This document shows positions 38,962 to 49,510 of a DNA stretch of 51,009 bases, one piece after another. Positions within the stretch are counted from its first letter, which is position 1; each line of letters starts with the position of its first letter. Both the position numbers and the translations under genes were made by a program. The stretch is from contig JAKUNM010000004.1 in assembly GCA_022451865.1 (NCBI GenBank), positions 1 to 51,009 of the forward strand, read 5' to 3'. This DNA is from Dehalococcoidia bacterium. Lineage in GTDB: Bacteria > Chloroflexota > Dehalococcoidia > UBA2979. The notes beneath the pieces were generated by a model that saw only the letters and a list, made by a program, of their open reading frames with translations, ran no database searches and was not told where the DNA came from.

Positions 38962-39185
38962 TCAATATCTAAGGAAACACGAACACCAGCTTGTACCGCA
39001 GCAACATGTAGTAATGATCTAATGGCATTTGCGCAACGGCCATCTCTACCTATGACACGACCTTTGTCTTCATCTGCAACCTGAAGGTGCATAATTACTC
39101 TATCACCACGATGTTCTTCGGTTACTACAACACTATCTGGATCACTGACTAATGATCGAGCGATATACTCGACTAATGATTTCAT
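38958..39185 (-). CDS. KH-domain RNA-binding protein (YlqC/UPF0109 family)
   Basis: 75 aa. VADEDKGRVIGRDGRCANAIRSLL contains the GxxG KH motif. Conserved position between rpsP and rimM. Confidence 0.8.
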   Translation of the reverse strand: MKSLVEYIARSLVSDPDSVVVTEEHRGDRVIMHLQVADEDKGRVIGRDGRCANAIRSLLHVAAVQAGVRVSLDID

Positions 39186-39197
39186 ATTTTAACTTTC

Positions 39198-39578
39198 TTA
39201 TTCTTCAGTATCATCTGTAGATTCGCCTGTAGGTTCTTCAATTTGCTCTTCTGTGCTATCACTAGAAGGCTCCTGGGACGCCTTGAGAGCTTCTTGCTCA
39301 GCTCTTGTTGGCTTGGTCACACGTGTGGGAGGAGGCGTAGTAACTAACCCTGCCTTGTGCAAAACTCTATGAACTGTTTCTGACGGTTGGGCGCCTATTC
39401 CGATCCAATGTTTAACTCTTTCCTCATTTAAAACCACAGTACTCGGTTGTGTTCGTGGATTGTAATGTCCAACGACTTCTATAAAATCTCCATCTCGTGG
39501 AGCACGCTGATCTGCCACAACCACTCTATAGTAGGGGTGTTTTTTCTTTCCATTACGTCGCAAACGAATTCTTAGCAA
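39198..39578 (-). CDS. rpsP: 30S ribosomal protein bS16 with an acidic C-terminal extension
   Basis: From TTG 39578 the product (M)LRIRLRRNGKKKHPYYRVVVADQRAPRDG aligns residue for residue with the usual MVxIRLxRxG..FYxVVVxDxR start. SD AGAGGA lies 6 nt upstream. The ORF track starts at GTG 39593. The last ~45 aa are Pro/Glu/Asp/Ser/Thr-rich. Confidence 0.9.
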   Translation of the reverse strand: MLRIRLRRNGKKKHPYYRVVVADQRAPRDGDFIEVVGHYNPRTQPSTVVLNEERVKHWIGIGAQPSETVHRVLHKAGLVTTPPPTRVTKPTRAEQEALKASQEPSSDSTEEQIEEPTGESTDDTEE

Positions 39579-39631
39579 TTTTTTCCTCTTCACTAAGTTT
39601 ATTTATAGTACTTTATGAACTAAATATCGTA

Positions 39632-40966
39632 CTATAACCCGAGTATCCGAGATAGTCCGCCTTGCCCTTTTCCAGTAGTTAATGCTTGCATCATTTTTTT
39701 TGCATCTTTAAATTGATTCAACAACCTGTTAACTTCTGCAGGTGAGGTACCAGAGCCATGTGCTACTCTTCTTCTACGTGATCCGTTCAGGATATCAGGA
39801 TTTCTTCTTTCTTCTAGAGTCATTGACAGCACTATAGCTTCGCTGTGTGCTATAAACTTATCATTTACTTCTACACCTGCAACTTGCTGCGCTAATTGTT
39901 TTCCTCCTGGAATAAGGTCTAATATTCCAGTTAATGGTCCCATATTCTTCATTTGCTGCATTTGTTGAAGAAAATCCTCCAGATTAAAATCGCCGGTTTT
40001 CATTTTGTTAACAGTATTTTTAATATCTTTTTCGGAAGATAATGTTTGAGCTTTTTCTACTAGTGTTACAACATCTCCCATACCAAGAATTCTGGATGCA
40101 ATACGATCAGGATGAAAATCTTCAAGTGCATCAAGTTTTTCTCCTGTTGTAATTAACTTTATAGGTAGTCCTGTAACTTTTCTAACGGAAAGTATTGCCC
40201 CGCCTCTCGTGTCAGAATCTACTTTAGTTACTACAATGCCTGTGCCTTCAATTTCTTCATCAAATTGTTTAGCTAATGTGACCGAATCTTGTCCTGTCAT
40301 TGCATCAACAGTGATTAAAATTTCTGAAGGATCGAATGTATCTGCTAGTGCAGCTAAATTATCTGCTAGATCATCGTTAAGAGATAAAGTTCCTTGCGTA
40401 TCAATAATGATTACGTTTGCGTTTATTTTTATAGCTTCTTCTAATGCTCGGATAGCTATCTTTGATGGTGATGATTGTTTTTCTTCTACCCAAACTGGCA
40501 CATCAATTTGTTTTCCGATCATTTGTAGCTGCTCACCTGCTGCAACTCTGTCGAAGTCAGTAGAAACTAAGAGTGGATGTGCTCCTTCTTTCTTATAGCG
40601 CAGTGCTAAACGTCCACAAAGTGTAGTTTTTCCTGCTCCTTTGGTTCCGACGATCATGATTTTAGTTGGGTCATTCGTTGGCGAAAATAATTTTTCTGAT
40701 TTACCGCCTAACATCTCTATTAGTGCTTGGTTAACGATTGCTATGATTTGTTGTCCTGGAGTAATTGATTGCGTAACTTCTTTACCTAGGGCCTGTTGTC
40801 TTATGTCAGAAATAAATTCTCTGACTACTTGAAAATTAACATCAGCGTCTAGTAGTGCTACACGCACATCTTTTAATGCTGTTTCGAGATCGGTTTCAGA
40901 AATTTTTCCTGAAGCTCCTAATCTTTTAAAGGTATTTTGAAATTTTTCTGTTAGTGAATCTAACAT
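39632..40966 (-). CDS. ffh: Signal recognition particle protein Ffh
   Basis: 444 aa. N domain, G domain (GTKGAGKTT, DTQG, TKVD) and a Met-rich M domain (QQMQQMKNMGPL). Confidence 0.95.
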   Translation of the reverse strand: MLDSLTEKFQNTFKRLGASGKISETDLETALKDVRVALLDADVNFQVVREFISDIRQQALGKEVTQSITPGQQIIAIVNQALIEMLGGKSEKLFSPTNDPTKIMIVGTKGAGKTTLCGRLALRYKKEGAHPLLVSTDFDRVAAGEQLQMIGKQIDVPVWVEEKQSSPSKIAIRALEEAIKINANVIIIDTQGTLSLNDDLADNLAALADTFDPSEILITVDAMTGQDSVTLAKQFDEEIEGTGIVVTKVDSDTRGGAILSVRKVTGLPIKLITTGEKLDALEDFHPDRIASRILGMGDVVTLVEKAQTLSSEKDIKNTVNKMKTGDFNLEDFLQQMQQMKNMGPLTGILDLIPGGKQLAQQVAGVEVNDKFIAHSEAIVLSMTLEERRNPDILNGSRRRRVAHGSGTSPAEVNRLLNQFKDAKKMMQALTTGKGQGGLSRILGL

Positions 40967-40973
40967 TGCTATA

Positions 40974-41987
40974 TTATTCCAAACCTCGTTCTGATATTAA
41001 GCTGATGACGTCGGTTAAGCGGCACGAATATCCCCATTCATTATCGTACCATTCAAGAGTTTTGACTAAATGATCATCAACTACCATTGTGGAAGGGGCA
41101 TCAAAGATACAAGATGCTAAATTGCCTTTAAAATCTGTAGAAACTAATTCATCTTTTTCATAAGCAAGATATGGTGCCAAAGAACTTTCAGCTGCCTTTT
41201 CAAAAACTTCATTTATGTCCTTGATAGTGGGAGTGTCTTTCAGGCTTGTCGTTAGATCAACTAATGAGACTGTAGGTGTAGGTACTCTTAGGGCAGTACC
41301 GTCAAATTTCCCTGCTAAATCTGGGATGACTTGGCCAACTGCTTTTGAAGCTCCAGAGGATGTGGGCACTATATTGAGTGCAGCTGCTCTTGCCCGTCTT
41401 AGATCTTTATGAGAGTTATCAACAAGATTCTGGTCTCCCGTATATGCATGAACAGTCGTCATAAAGCCGTGATTAATCGTGAAAGCATCATGTAAAACTT
41501 TTACTGCTAGTACAACACAATTAGTAGTACATGATCCTGCAGAGATAACATGATGTTCACTTGGTGAATAGTCTTCATGATTGATCCCCATTATTACGGT
41601 CCAATCTTCATTTTTTGCAGGTGCAGAGATAATTACCTTCTTAACACTTTTGCCGAGATGAACTCTTGCATCATCTGCTGTTTTGAATTGCCCTGTAGAC
41701 TCAATTACTAAATCAACATTTTCCTCTGCCCAAGGAATTTCAGCAGGTTCGTTGGAATCGAACACTCTAACCCTATGATTATCTACTGTGAAATAGTCAT
41801 CTCCATCAATAATTTCAGCAGGGAATCGACCATAGTCAGAGTCATAACGTAGGAGGTGTGTACGGACGTTAACAGGACCTCGATTGATGGCTACAATTTC
41901 AAAGTCTTCTCTTTTGTTTTCCCACCATGCTCTAAATGCTGCTCTGCCAGTTCGACCAAAGCCATTAATACCTACCCTTATTGACAT
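40974..41987 (-). CDS. gap: Glyceraldehyde-3-phosphate dehydrogenase, type I
   Basis: 337 aa. INGFGRTGR, active site SAGSCTTNC, WYDNEWGYS. Confidence 0.95.
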   Translation of the reverse strand: MSIRVGINGFGRTGRAAFRAWWENKREDFEIVAINRGPVNVRTHLLRYDSDYGRFPAEIIDGDDYFTVDNHRVRVFDSNEPAEIPWAEENVDLVIESTGQFKTADDARVHLGKSVKKVIISAPAKNEDWTVIMGINHEDYSPSEHHVISAGSCTTNCVVLAVKVLHDAFTINHGFMTTVHAYTGDQNLVDNSHKDLRRARAAALNIVPTSSGASKAVGQVIPDLAGKFDGTALRVPTPTVSLVDLTTSLKDTPTIKDINEVFEKAAESSLAPYLAYEKDELVSTDFKGNLASCIFDAPSTMVVDDHLVKTLEWYDNEWGYSCRLTDVISLISERGLE

Positions 41988-42048
41988 ATGTACTCCCTAA
42001 TACTTTGACGCCATATGTTTAAAATCTATTATAGTCGTCATTTAATTG

Positions 42049-44269
<2,221 letters not shown>

Positions 44270-44285
44270 CTATGATGGCAATTAA

Positions 44286-45191
44286 TTAACTAGCACGGGG
44301 ATGTACGTTTTCATAAACTTCACGTAAATGTTGATCTACTAATTGCGTATAGATCTGTGTAGTTGACACATTAGCGTGTCCTAGTAATTCTTGAACATCT
44401 CTTATAGATGCTCCGCCACGTAATAAATGTGTAGCAAAAGAATGACGAAGTGTATGTGGCGTTACGTGCGATTCAATACCAGCAGATTTTGCGTAGTTTT
44501 TTAAAATTAGCCAGAAACCTTGTCTGGTCAACCTTTCGCCACGTCTATTGACAAATAGTGCCTGTTGTAACCTAGCTTTGAGGAGAATATTTCTTCCTTG
44601 ATCTAGGTATGTATTTAATGCTTCTACCGCTTTTTCATGTACTGGTATTGTTCGTTCTTTCGCACCTTTGCCTACGCATCGAATATAGGCTGGATGAGGT
44701 TTAATATGTAAGCTATCAAGGTTAAGTGAGACTAATTCTGTTACACGAATTCCGGTCGCATACATTAATTCTAGCATCGCTGCATCGCGAACTGATTCGG
44801 GGGTTTCAAGTTTCAATGGCTGAGAGAGTAGTAAGTCTACATGTTGAGGGCTAAGGGGTTTTGGTATTACTTTTTGTGGTCTGGGAGAATTCAAGTTTGT
44901 AGTTGGATTGGATTGTAGATCACCGACATCAATTAAGTATGTACAAAAAGATTTCAGCACAGCTATTTTTCTAGCAACTGTCGATTTGGCATATTGTCTT
45001 TCATTAAGATCGGTCAGATAGTTAATTATAAGTTCTCGAGAAACTGCGTTGGTATGATCGACAGTATTCATTGTTTTTTCAGCAAATTTGACCAGACCGT
45101 TTAAGTCATTTCGATAAGCTTCAATTGTATTTCTTGGAGAACCTCTTTCTGCTGATAAGTAATGTAAAAACTCTTCAATCCGTTTTAGCAT
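44286..45191 (-). CDS. Tyrosine recombinase XerD/XerC-type
   Basis: 301 aa. SAM-like N-domain (LSAERGSPRNTIEAYRNDL) and the catalytic R..HxxR..Y set (ATGIRVTEL, HTLRHSFATHLL, LGHANVSTTQIYT). XerC versus XerD cannot be resolved by eye. Confidence 0.85.
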   Translation of the reverse strand: MLKRIEEFLHYLSAERGSPRNTIEAYRNDLNGLVKFAEKTMNTVDHTNAVSRELIINYLTDLNERQYAKSTVARKIAVLKSFCTYLIDVGDLQSNPTTNLNSPRPQKVIPKPLSPQHVDLLLSQPLKLETPESVRDAAMLELMYATGIRVTELVSLNLDSLHIKPHPAYIRCVGKGAKERTIPVHEKAVEALNTYLDQGRNILLKARLQQALFVNRRGERLTRQGFWLILKNYAKSAGIESHVTPHTLRHSFATHLLRGGASIRDVQELLGHANVSTTQIYTQLVDQHLREVYENVHPRAS

Positions 45192-45343
45192 TATTCAATC
45201 CTAACCGATCAGTAATATTGTATAAATATTTGCATCTCTTCAAATCGCAGTATACATGTAGAGATATGCAATGCATCCATTTTATTTATTTATGTGAAAA
45301 ATAAGTGAAATTGTATTGCAAAAAGGTTTATTTCTAAGTGATG

Positions 45344-47209
45344 TTAAAGGTACATTTTTAAGCGTTTTGCTAAACTAATTGAAAATCCCTCAATTTCTGT
45401 TAATTCTTCTATTGTTGCTTCTCGCATTGCTTTAACACTTCCGAATTTCTTGTAGAGAGTTTTTTTACGTTTTGGGCCGATCCCATGTATTGAATCGAGT
45501 AGTGATTTTTTCGCATTATTATTTCTCAAAGATCGGTGGTAATTGATTGCAAAGCGATGTGCTTCATCTCGTATACGCTGCACAAGGTACATTGCTTCTG
45601 ACGAAGAAGGTAGTTCGATAGGTTCGGACTGATCTTTTATAAAGAGCTCTTCTTTTTTCTTAGCCAAACCACATACAGGTATGTCAGATAAACCAAGATC
45701 TCTCATTACATCAAGTACAGCACTCAGCTGTCCCTTGCCTCCATCAATGATGACTAGATCGGGTAACTTCACCCAAGAATTGTCTTGATCGGTTACATTT
45801 TGCACACTAAATGTGGGATCTTTTTCTATATTACTAGCAATTTTTGTAAATCTACGTTTTAGTAATTCTTGCATTGATGCGAAATCATTTTGACCATCTA
45901 CAGACTTAATCTTAAACCTCCTATATTCTGACTTCACTGGTTTGCCTTGATTAAATACAACCAATGAACCAACAGTATTTGTCCCTTGTATGGTAGATAT
46001 GTCGTAGCATTCAATTCTCTGAGGTTCTTCAGGCAGATCTAAGCTTACTTGCAGTAGTTTTATTGCATCTTCAGTTTTCTGAGTGTCAGAGATCCATCGT
46101 GCGTGATGCATGGTCATTGATTCTTGTGCATTTTTTTCTGCAGTTGCCACGAGAGAGCGGCGGTGTCCACGTTTTGGGACAATAATATTAACCTTAGTAT
46201 TTCTTTGTGTACGTAGCATGGACTCTAGTTCGTGCAGGTCATCGGGTGCGGAAGGGAGAATAACATTTTTTGGGATGTAATTTGCATTTTCGTAGAACTG
46301 ACCTAAAAAAGCAGCCAGTATCTCGCTATTGGTGGCATTTTCAGTTCCCATTAACATAAAAGAGTCTGTATCAACGATCATAGTACCTCTGGCAAAAAAT
46401 ACCTGAATACAAGTTTCATTATTTTCTCTAAATAATCCAAATACATCAGCATCTAAGGGTGTTGTCGTAACCATTTGCTGTTGATTTTCGTGTAATTTTT
46501 CTATCGCCTCTAATTGATCTCTTATACGTGCAGCTTTTTCATATTCAAGATTTTCAGAGGCTGTATTCATTTCATTAATGAGTCGTGATTCAACCTCATT
46601 TGATTTACCGTCTAAAAATAGAATTGTAGATTGAATTACCTCGTCATACTCTTCTTTAGTACAATAGGAAGTGCATGGTGCAATACACCGATCAATAAAA
46701 TAATCTAAACAAGGTCTGTCATCAGTGCCAGTAATTTTTTTTGTGCAAGATCTCCATGGAAAAAGTTTATTTACAACTGCTAAAGATCTCCTTACAGATC
46801 CTGGAGACGCGTAGGGACCAAAATATTTTGCTCCATCTGAATCAATTCGACGTGTAATAGTTACTTGTGGCCATTCATTTTGGATATCAACTTTGAGATA
46901 GGGATAATGCTTATCATCTTTTAACCTCACATTATGATGCGGTTGATGTCGCTTTACGAGTGTGGCTTCCAAATGAAGAGCTTCTGTAGCGGTTTCTGTA
47001 ATTATGTGCTCGATATCAGCAATTTGCTTGCTTAAGATTTGGACTCGTGGCTCCAAAGATCTAGCTGATCCAAAATAAGAACGAACACGCGATCTTAACT
47101 TACTAGCTTTACCTATATAGATTATTTCACCAGCAGTATTTTTCATAATGTACACGCCCGGAGAATTGGGTAGTGTACTGACTTGATGGCGTAGATTATT
47201 TATATTCAC
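45344..47209 (-). CDS. uvrC: Excinuclease ABC subunit C
   Basis: 621 aa. GIY-YIG (GVYIMKN..GEIIYIGKA), the UVR domain (YEKAARIRDQL), an Endo V-like domain, and a C-terminal (HhH)2 (GIGPKRKKTL). Confidence 0.95.
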   Translation of the reverse strand: MNINNLRHQVSTLPNSPGVYIMKNTAGEIIYIGKASKLRSRVRSYFGSARSLEPRVQILSKQIADIEHIITETATEALHLEATLVKRHQPHHNVRLKDDKHYPYLKVDIQNEWPQVTITRRIDSDGAKYFGPYASPGSVRRSLAVVNKLFPWRSCTKKITGTDDRPCLDYFIDRCIAPCTSYCTKEEYDEVIQSTILFLDGKSNEVESRLINEMNTASENLEYEKAARIRDQLEAIEKLHENQQQMVTTTPLDADVFGLFRENNETCIQVFFARGTMIVDTDSFMLMGTENATNSEILAAFLGQFYENANYIPKNVILPSAPDDLHELESMLRTQRNTKVNIIVPKRGHRRSLVATAEKNAQESMTMHHARWISDTQKTEDAIKLLQVSLDLPEEPQRIECYDISTIQGTNTVGSLVVFNQGKPVKSEYRRFKIKSVDGQNDFASMQELLKRRFTKIASNIEKDPTFSVQNVTDQDNSWVKLPDLVIIDGGKGQLSAVLDVMRDLGLSDIPVCGLAKKKEELFIKDQSEPIELPSSSEAMYLVQRIRDEAHRFAINYHRSLRNNNAKKSLLDSIHGIGPKRKKTLYKKFGSVKAMREATIEELTEIEGFSISLAKRLKMYL

Positions 47210-47247
47210 ACTAATATCATAACTCTTTATGGATAGGTCGAAAAAAA

Positions 47248-47871
47248 ATGAGTAATAAAATCTCTTTTGAATTTCTAGAGCTCATATCTGATAAAGGATT
47301 GATTCATGCCAAATTTTATAATCCACCTTTAAGTACTGCTGCTGTGTTGATGATTGGTGGTGGTGATGGTGGTTTTGATGGACCTGCATCAGCTATATAT
47401 CCTTCTTTGGCAGAAAATTTATACGGTAAAGGGATTGCAGCTTTATTGTTGGATTATAGAATTCATAGTTTTCCAGGGAATCTCGAAGAGGCTATTTATG
47501 ATGTGCTTTTTGGTGTTCATCATTTATTAAAGATGGGAATAGATAATATTGGTTTGGTTGGTCATTCTTTTGGTGGTGCAGTAGCTATTGAAGCTGCCGT
47601 ACGTGAACCGATGATAAGTGGCCTTATTTCTTTAGCATCTCAAACTGCTGGAGCATTAAATGTCAAACAAGTTTCACCACGACCTATATTATTCGTACAC
47701 GGTTTAAATGACATTAGATTACCCCCAGATTGTTCACGATATCTTCACAGTATTGCGGAAGAACCGAAAGAATTGGTGCTTTTAGAGGGTGCTACCCATA
47801 GTTTAAGACAATGTCGGGAAGAACTTTTAATTTTGTTATTTGAATGGTTTGAGAAAAACTTAATATTTTAG
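47248..47871 (+). CDS. Alpha/beta-fold hydrolase (dienelactone hydrolase-like)
   Basis: 207 aa. Nucleophile elbow GHSFGG, a later HGLND (acid) and a GATH (His) arrangement. Confidence 0.75.
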   Translation: MSNKISFEFLELISDKGLIHAKFYNPPLSTAAVLMIGGGDGGFDGPASAIYPSLAENLYGKGIAALLLDYRIHSFPGNLEEAIYDVLFGVHHLLKMGIDNIGLVGHSFGGAVAIEAAVREPMISGLISLASQTAGALNVKQVSPRPILFVHGLNDIRLPPDCSRYLHSIAEEPKELVLLEGATHSLRQCREELLILLFEWFEKNLIF

Positions 47872-47937
47872 AATGTAATATTAACCAACAAACATGTCAC
47901 ACTTTTGTATTTTCTGGAGTGAATTAATAATTTTGGA

Positions 47938-49020
47938 TTAGGCATTAGATTTTACTGATTCACGTAGTTTGGAACTTTCATGCTTCAAGATAGGGATTAG
48001 TTCTTTACCGTAATCGATAGCATCTTGGTATGGATCCCAGCCGCGAATAAGTACAGTACCTACTCCTAGTTCATAATATTTTAGAAGTGAATCGGCTACT
48101 TGTTCTGCTGTACCAACTAGAGCTGATGTATTCCCTGATGCTCCAGTAGCTGCAGCGAGAGGCATCCATAAACGTTCGTCATGGAGATCCGATTCATTAG
48201 CAAAGTCGAGTAGTCTTTTTGAGCCAATTGAAGTTCTCTTACGAATAGGATTTGCTGCCAAGTTAGATTCAACTGAATTTAGGAATTCTCTCGCTTTATC
48301 CCATGCTAAGGCCTCAGTATCCTCAATTACTGGCCTAAATGAAACACTGAATTCAAGATTTCTTCCGTGATTTGCGGCACGCTTGTTCAGATCTTCGATC
48401 TGTTGCTGGATGGCTGCCCTTGGTTCACCCCAGAACATATATACATCAGCTTGACGGGCTCCAATGTCGAGGGCAATATCAGAACTACCTCCAAAATAGA
48501 TAGGGATGGAAGGTACTTGATGGGATTGTACCGAGCTCGAAGCGTTCTCAAATTGGTAGTACGTACCGCTATGATTGAATGATTCTTGCGAGAGTGCTTT
48601 GCGGAATACTGTAAGATATTCGTCTGTACGACGGTAACGATCATCATGTTCAAGATAGTCACCGTCTCTTCTTTGTTCTGCATCGCTGCCACCGGTTATG
48701 AAATGTACTCCGATGCGCCCACCTGTAAAGATGTCAACTGTTGATGCCCGGCGAGCAGCCAGAGTTGGCACAACAAAACCAGGGCGGTGGGCAACTAGAA
48801 ATTTTATGTGTTTAGTAGCCGCTGCAGCTGCCTGTGCTACAGCAAAACTATCTGCAGAATCTGATCTATATCCAACCAACACAGCATCGAAAGCACTCTT
48901 TTCATGAGCTTGGGTAAAGCGATTGAGGTAATCTACATCGATACCACCTCCTATAATGGAGACAGGTGTCTCACCTTTGCTTGGGTTTGCTCCAATCATC
49001 CCGACGACATTGAGTGACAT
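47938..49020 (-). CDS. LLM-class flavin-dependent oxidoreductase (luciferase-like monooxygenase)
   Basis: 360 aa. TIM-barrel LLM pattern: FDAVLVGY, LVAHRPG, TVDIFTGGRIGVHFITGG, the YxxxDEY segment, and FWGEP. Confidence 0.85.
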   Translation of the reverse strand: MSLNVVGMIGANPSKGETPVSIIGGGIDVDYLNRFTQAHEKSAFDAVLVGYRSDSADSFAVAQAAAAATKHIKFLVAHRPGFVVPTLAARRASTVDIFTGGRIGVHFITGGSDAEQRRDGDYLEHDDRYRRTDEYLTVFRKALSQESFNHSGTYYQFENASSSVQSHQVPSIPIYFGGSSDIALDIGARQADVYMFWGEPRAAIQQQIEDLNKRAANHGRNLEFSVSFRPVIEDTEALAWDKAREFLNSVESNLAANPIRKRTSIGSKRLLDFANESDLHDERLWMPLAAATGASGNTSALVGTAEQVADSLLKYYELGVGTVLIRGWDPYQDAIDYGKELIPILKHESSKLRESVKSNA

Positions 49021-49179
49021 AATTTCTCCAGTAATGTTCTAATGTTGAGTTAGTCAACCATATTTAGTGACAATTTGTGAACATCTTATGTATTGAAGGT
49101 GAAAAAGTAAATGCTTTATAGCTCGATGATAGATTAGGCTTTCGTCTCCTAATCTGATCGGACACTATATAATGATATA

Positions 49180-49255
49180 TGGCGCGCTCGGGAGGATTCG
49201 AACCTCCGACCTCTGCCTCCGCAGGGCAGCGCTCTATCCACTGAGCTACGAGCGC
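49180..49255 (-). tRNA. tRNA-Arg (anticodon GCG)
   Basis: Hand-folded: GCGCTCG TA GCTC AGTGGATA GAGC G CTGCC CT-GCG-GA GGCAG AGGTC GGAGG TTCGAAT CCTCC CGAGCGC G CCA. 76 nt, CCA encoded, A20 present in the D-loop. Confidence 0.85.
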
Positions 49256-49261
49256 ACATAC

Positions 49262-49349
49262 TGGTGCCGAAGGTGAGACTCGAACTCACACGGACAAAAA
49301 GCCCACTGCGACCTGAACGCAGCGCGTCTGCCAATTCCGCCACTTCGGC
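49262..49349 (-). tRNA. tRNA-Leu (anticodon CAG), class II with long variable arm
   Basis: Hand-folded: GCCGAAG TG GCG GAATTGGCAGA CGC G CTGCG TT-CAG-GT CGCAG TGGGCTTTTTGTCCGT GTGAG TTCGAGT CTCAC CTTCGGC A CCA. 88 nt. Lies 6 nt upstream of tRNA-Arg(GCG) on the minus strand. Confidence 0.85.
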
Positions 49350-49510
49350 TCAACTCTTCGTAACAGAAATCATACCAGCTAAATGCATCAAAAAAACAAG
49401 TAACTTTTTTTCATACAACTTTTATTAATAGTGTGAGAATATTTGACAACATCAATAAAACTGCCAAGATACAATCGATTGATCTTAAATTCTTGTGGAA
49501 GGGATTTTTT

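Noticed and set aside
44286-45191. Tyrosine recombinase as a marker of an integrated mobile element
   Set aside because: The sequence is XerC/XerD-like, with a SAM-like N-domain and the standard catalytic set. It sits between uvrC and eno. I saw no flanking direct repeats, tRNA-adjacent att-like duplication or cargo genes.
49131-49155. 8-bp hairpin AGATTAGG-(9 nt)-CCTAATCT downstream of the tRNA pair, as a rho-independent terminator
   Set aside because: No U-tract follows the stem on the minus strand and the stem is AT-rich. The evidence is insufficient to call a terminator.
49149-49343. 64-aa minus-strand ORF (MAELADALRSGRSG...) from the ORF track
   Set aside because: It lies entirely over the tRNA-Arg(GCG) and tRNA-Leu(CAG) genes. 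Its GC-rich, Arg/Ser/Gly-rich translation is the usual artefact of reading through tRNA genes.
49443-49475. Sigma70-like promoter for acnA (TTGACA at 49443..49448 with a downstream TACAAT)
   Set aside because: The spacing between the two hexamers is about 21 nt, outside the functional 16-19 nt range. The hexamer at 17-nt spacing (AAGATA) is poor.
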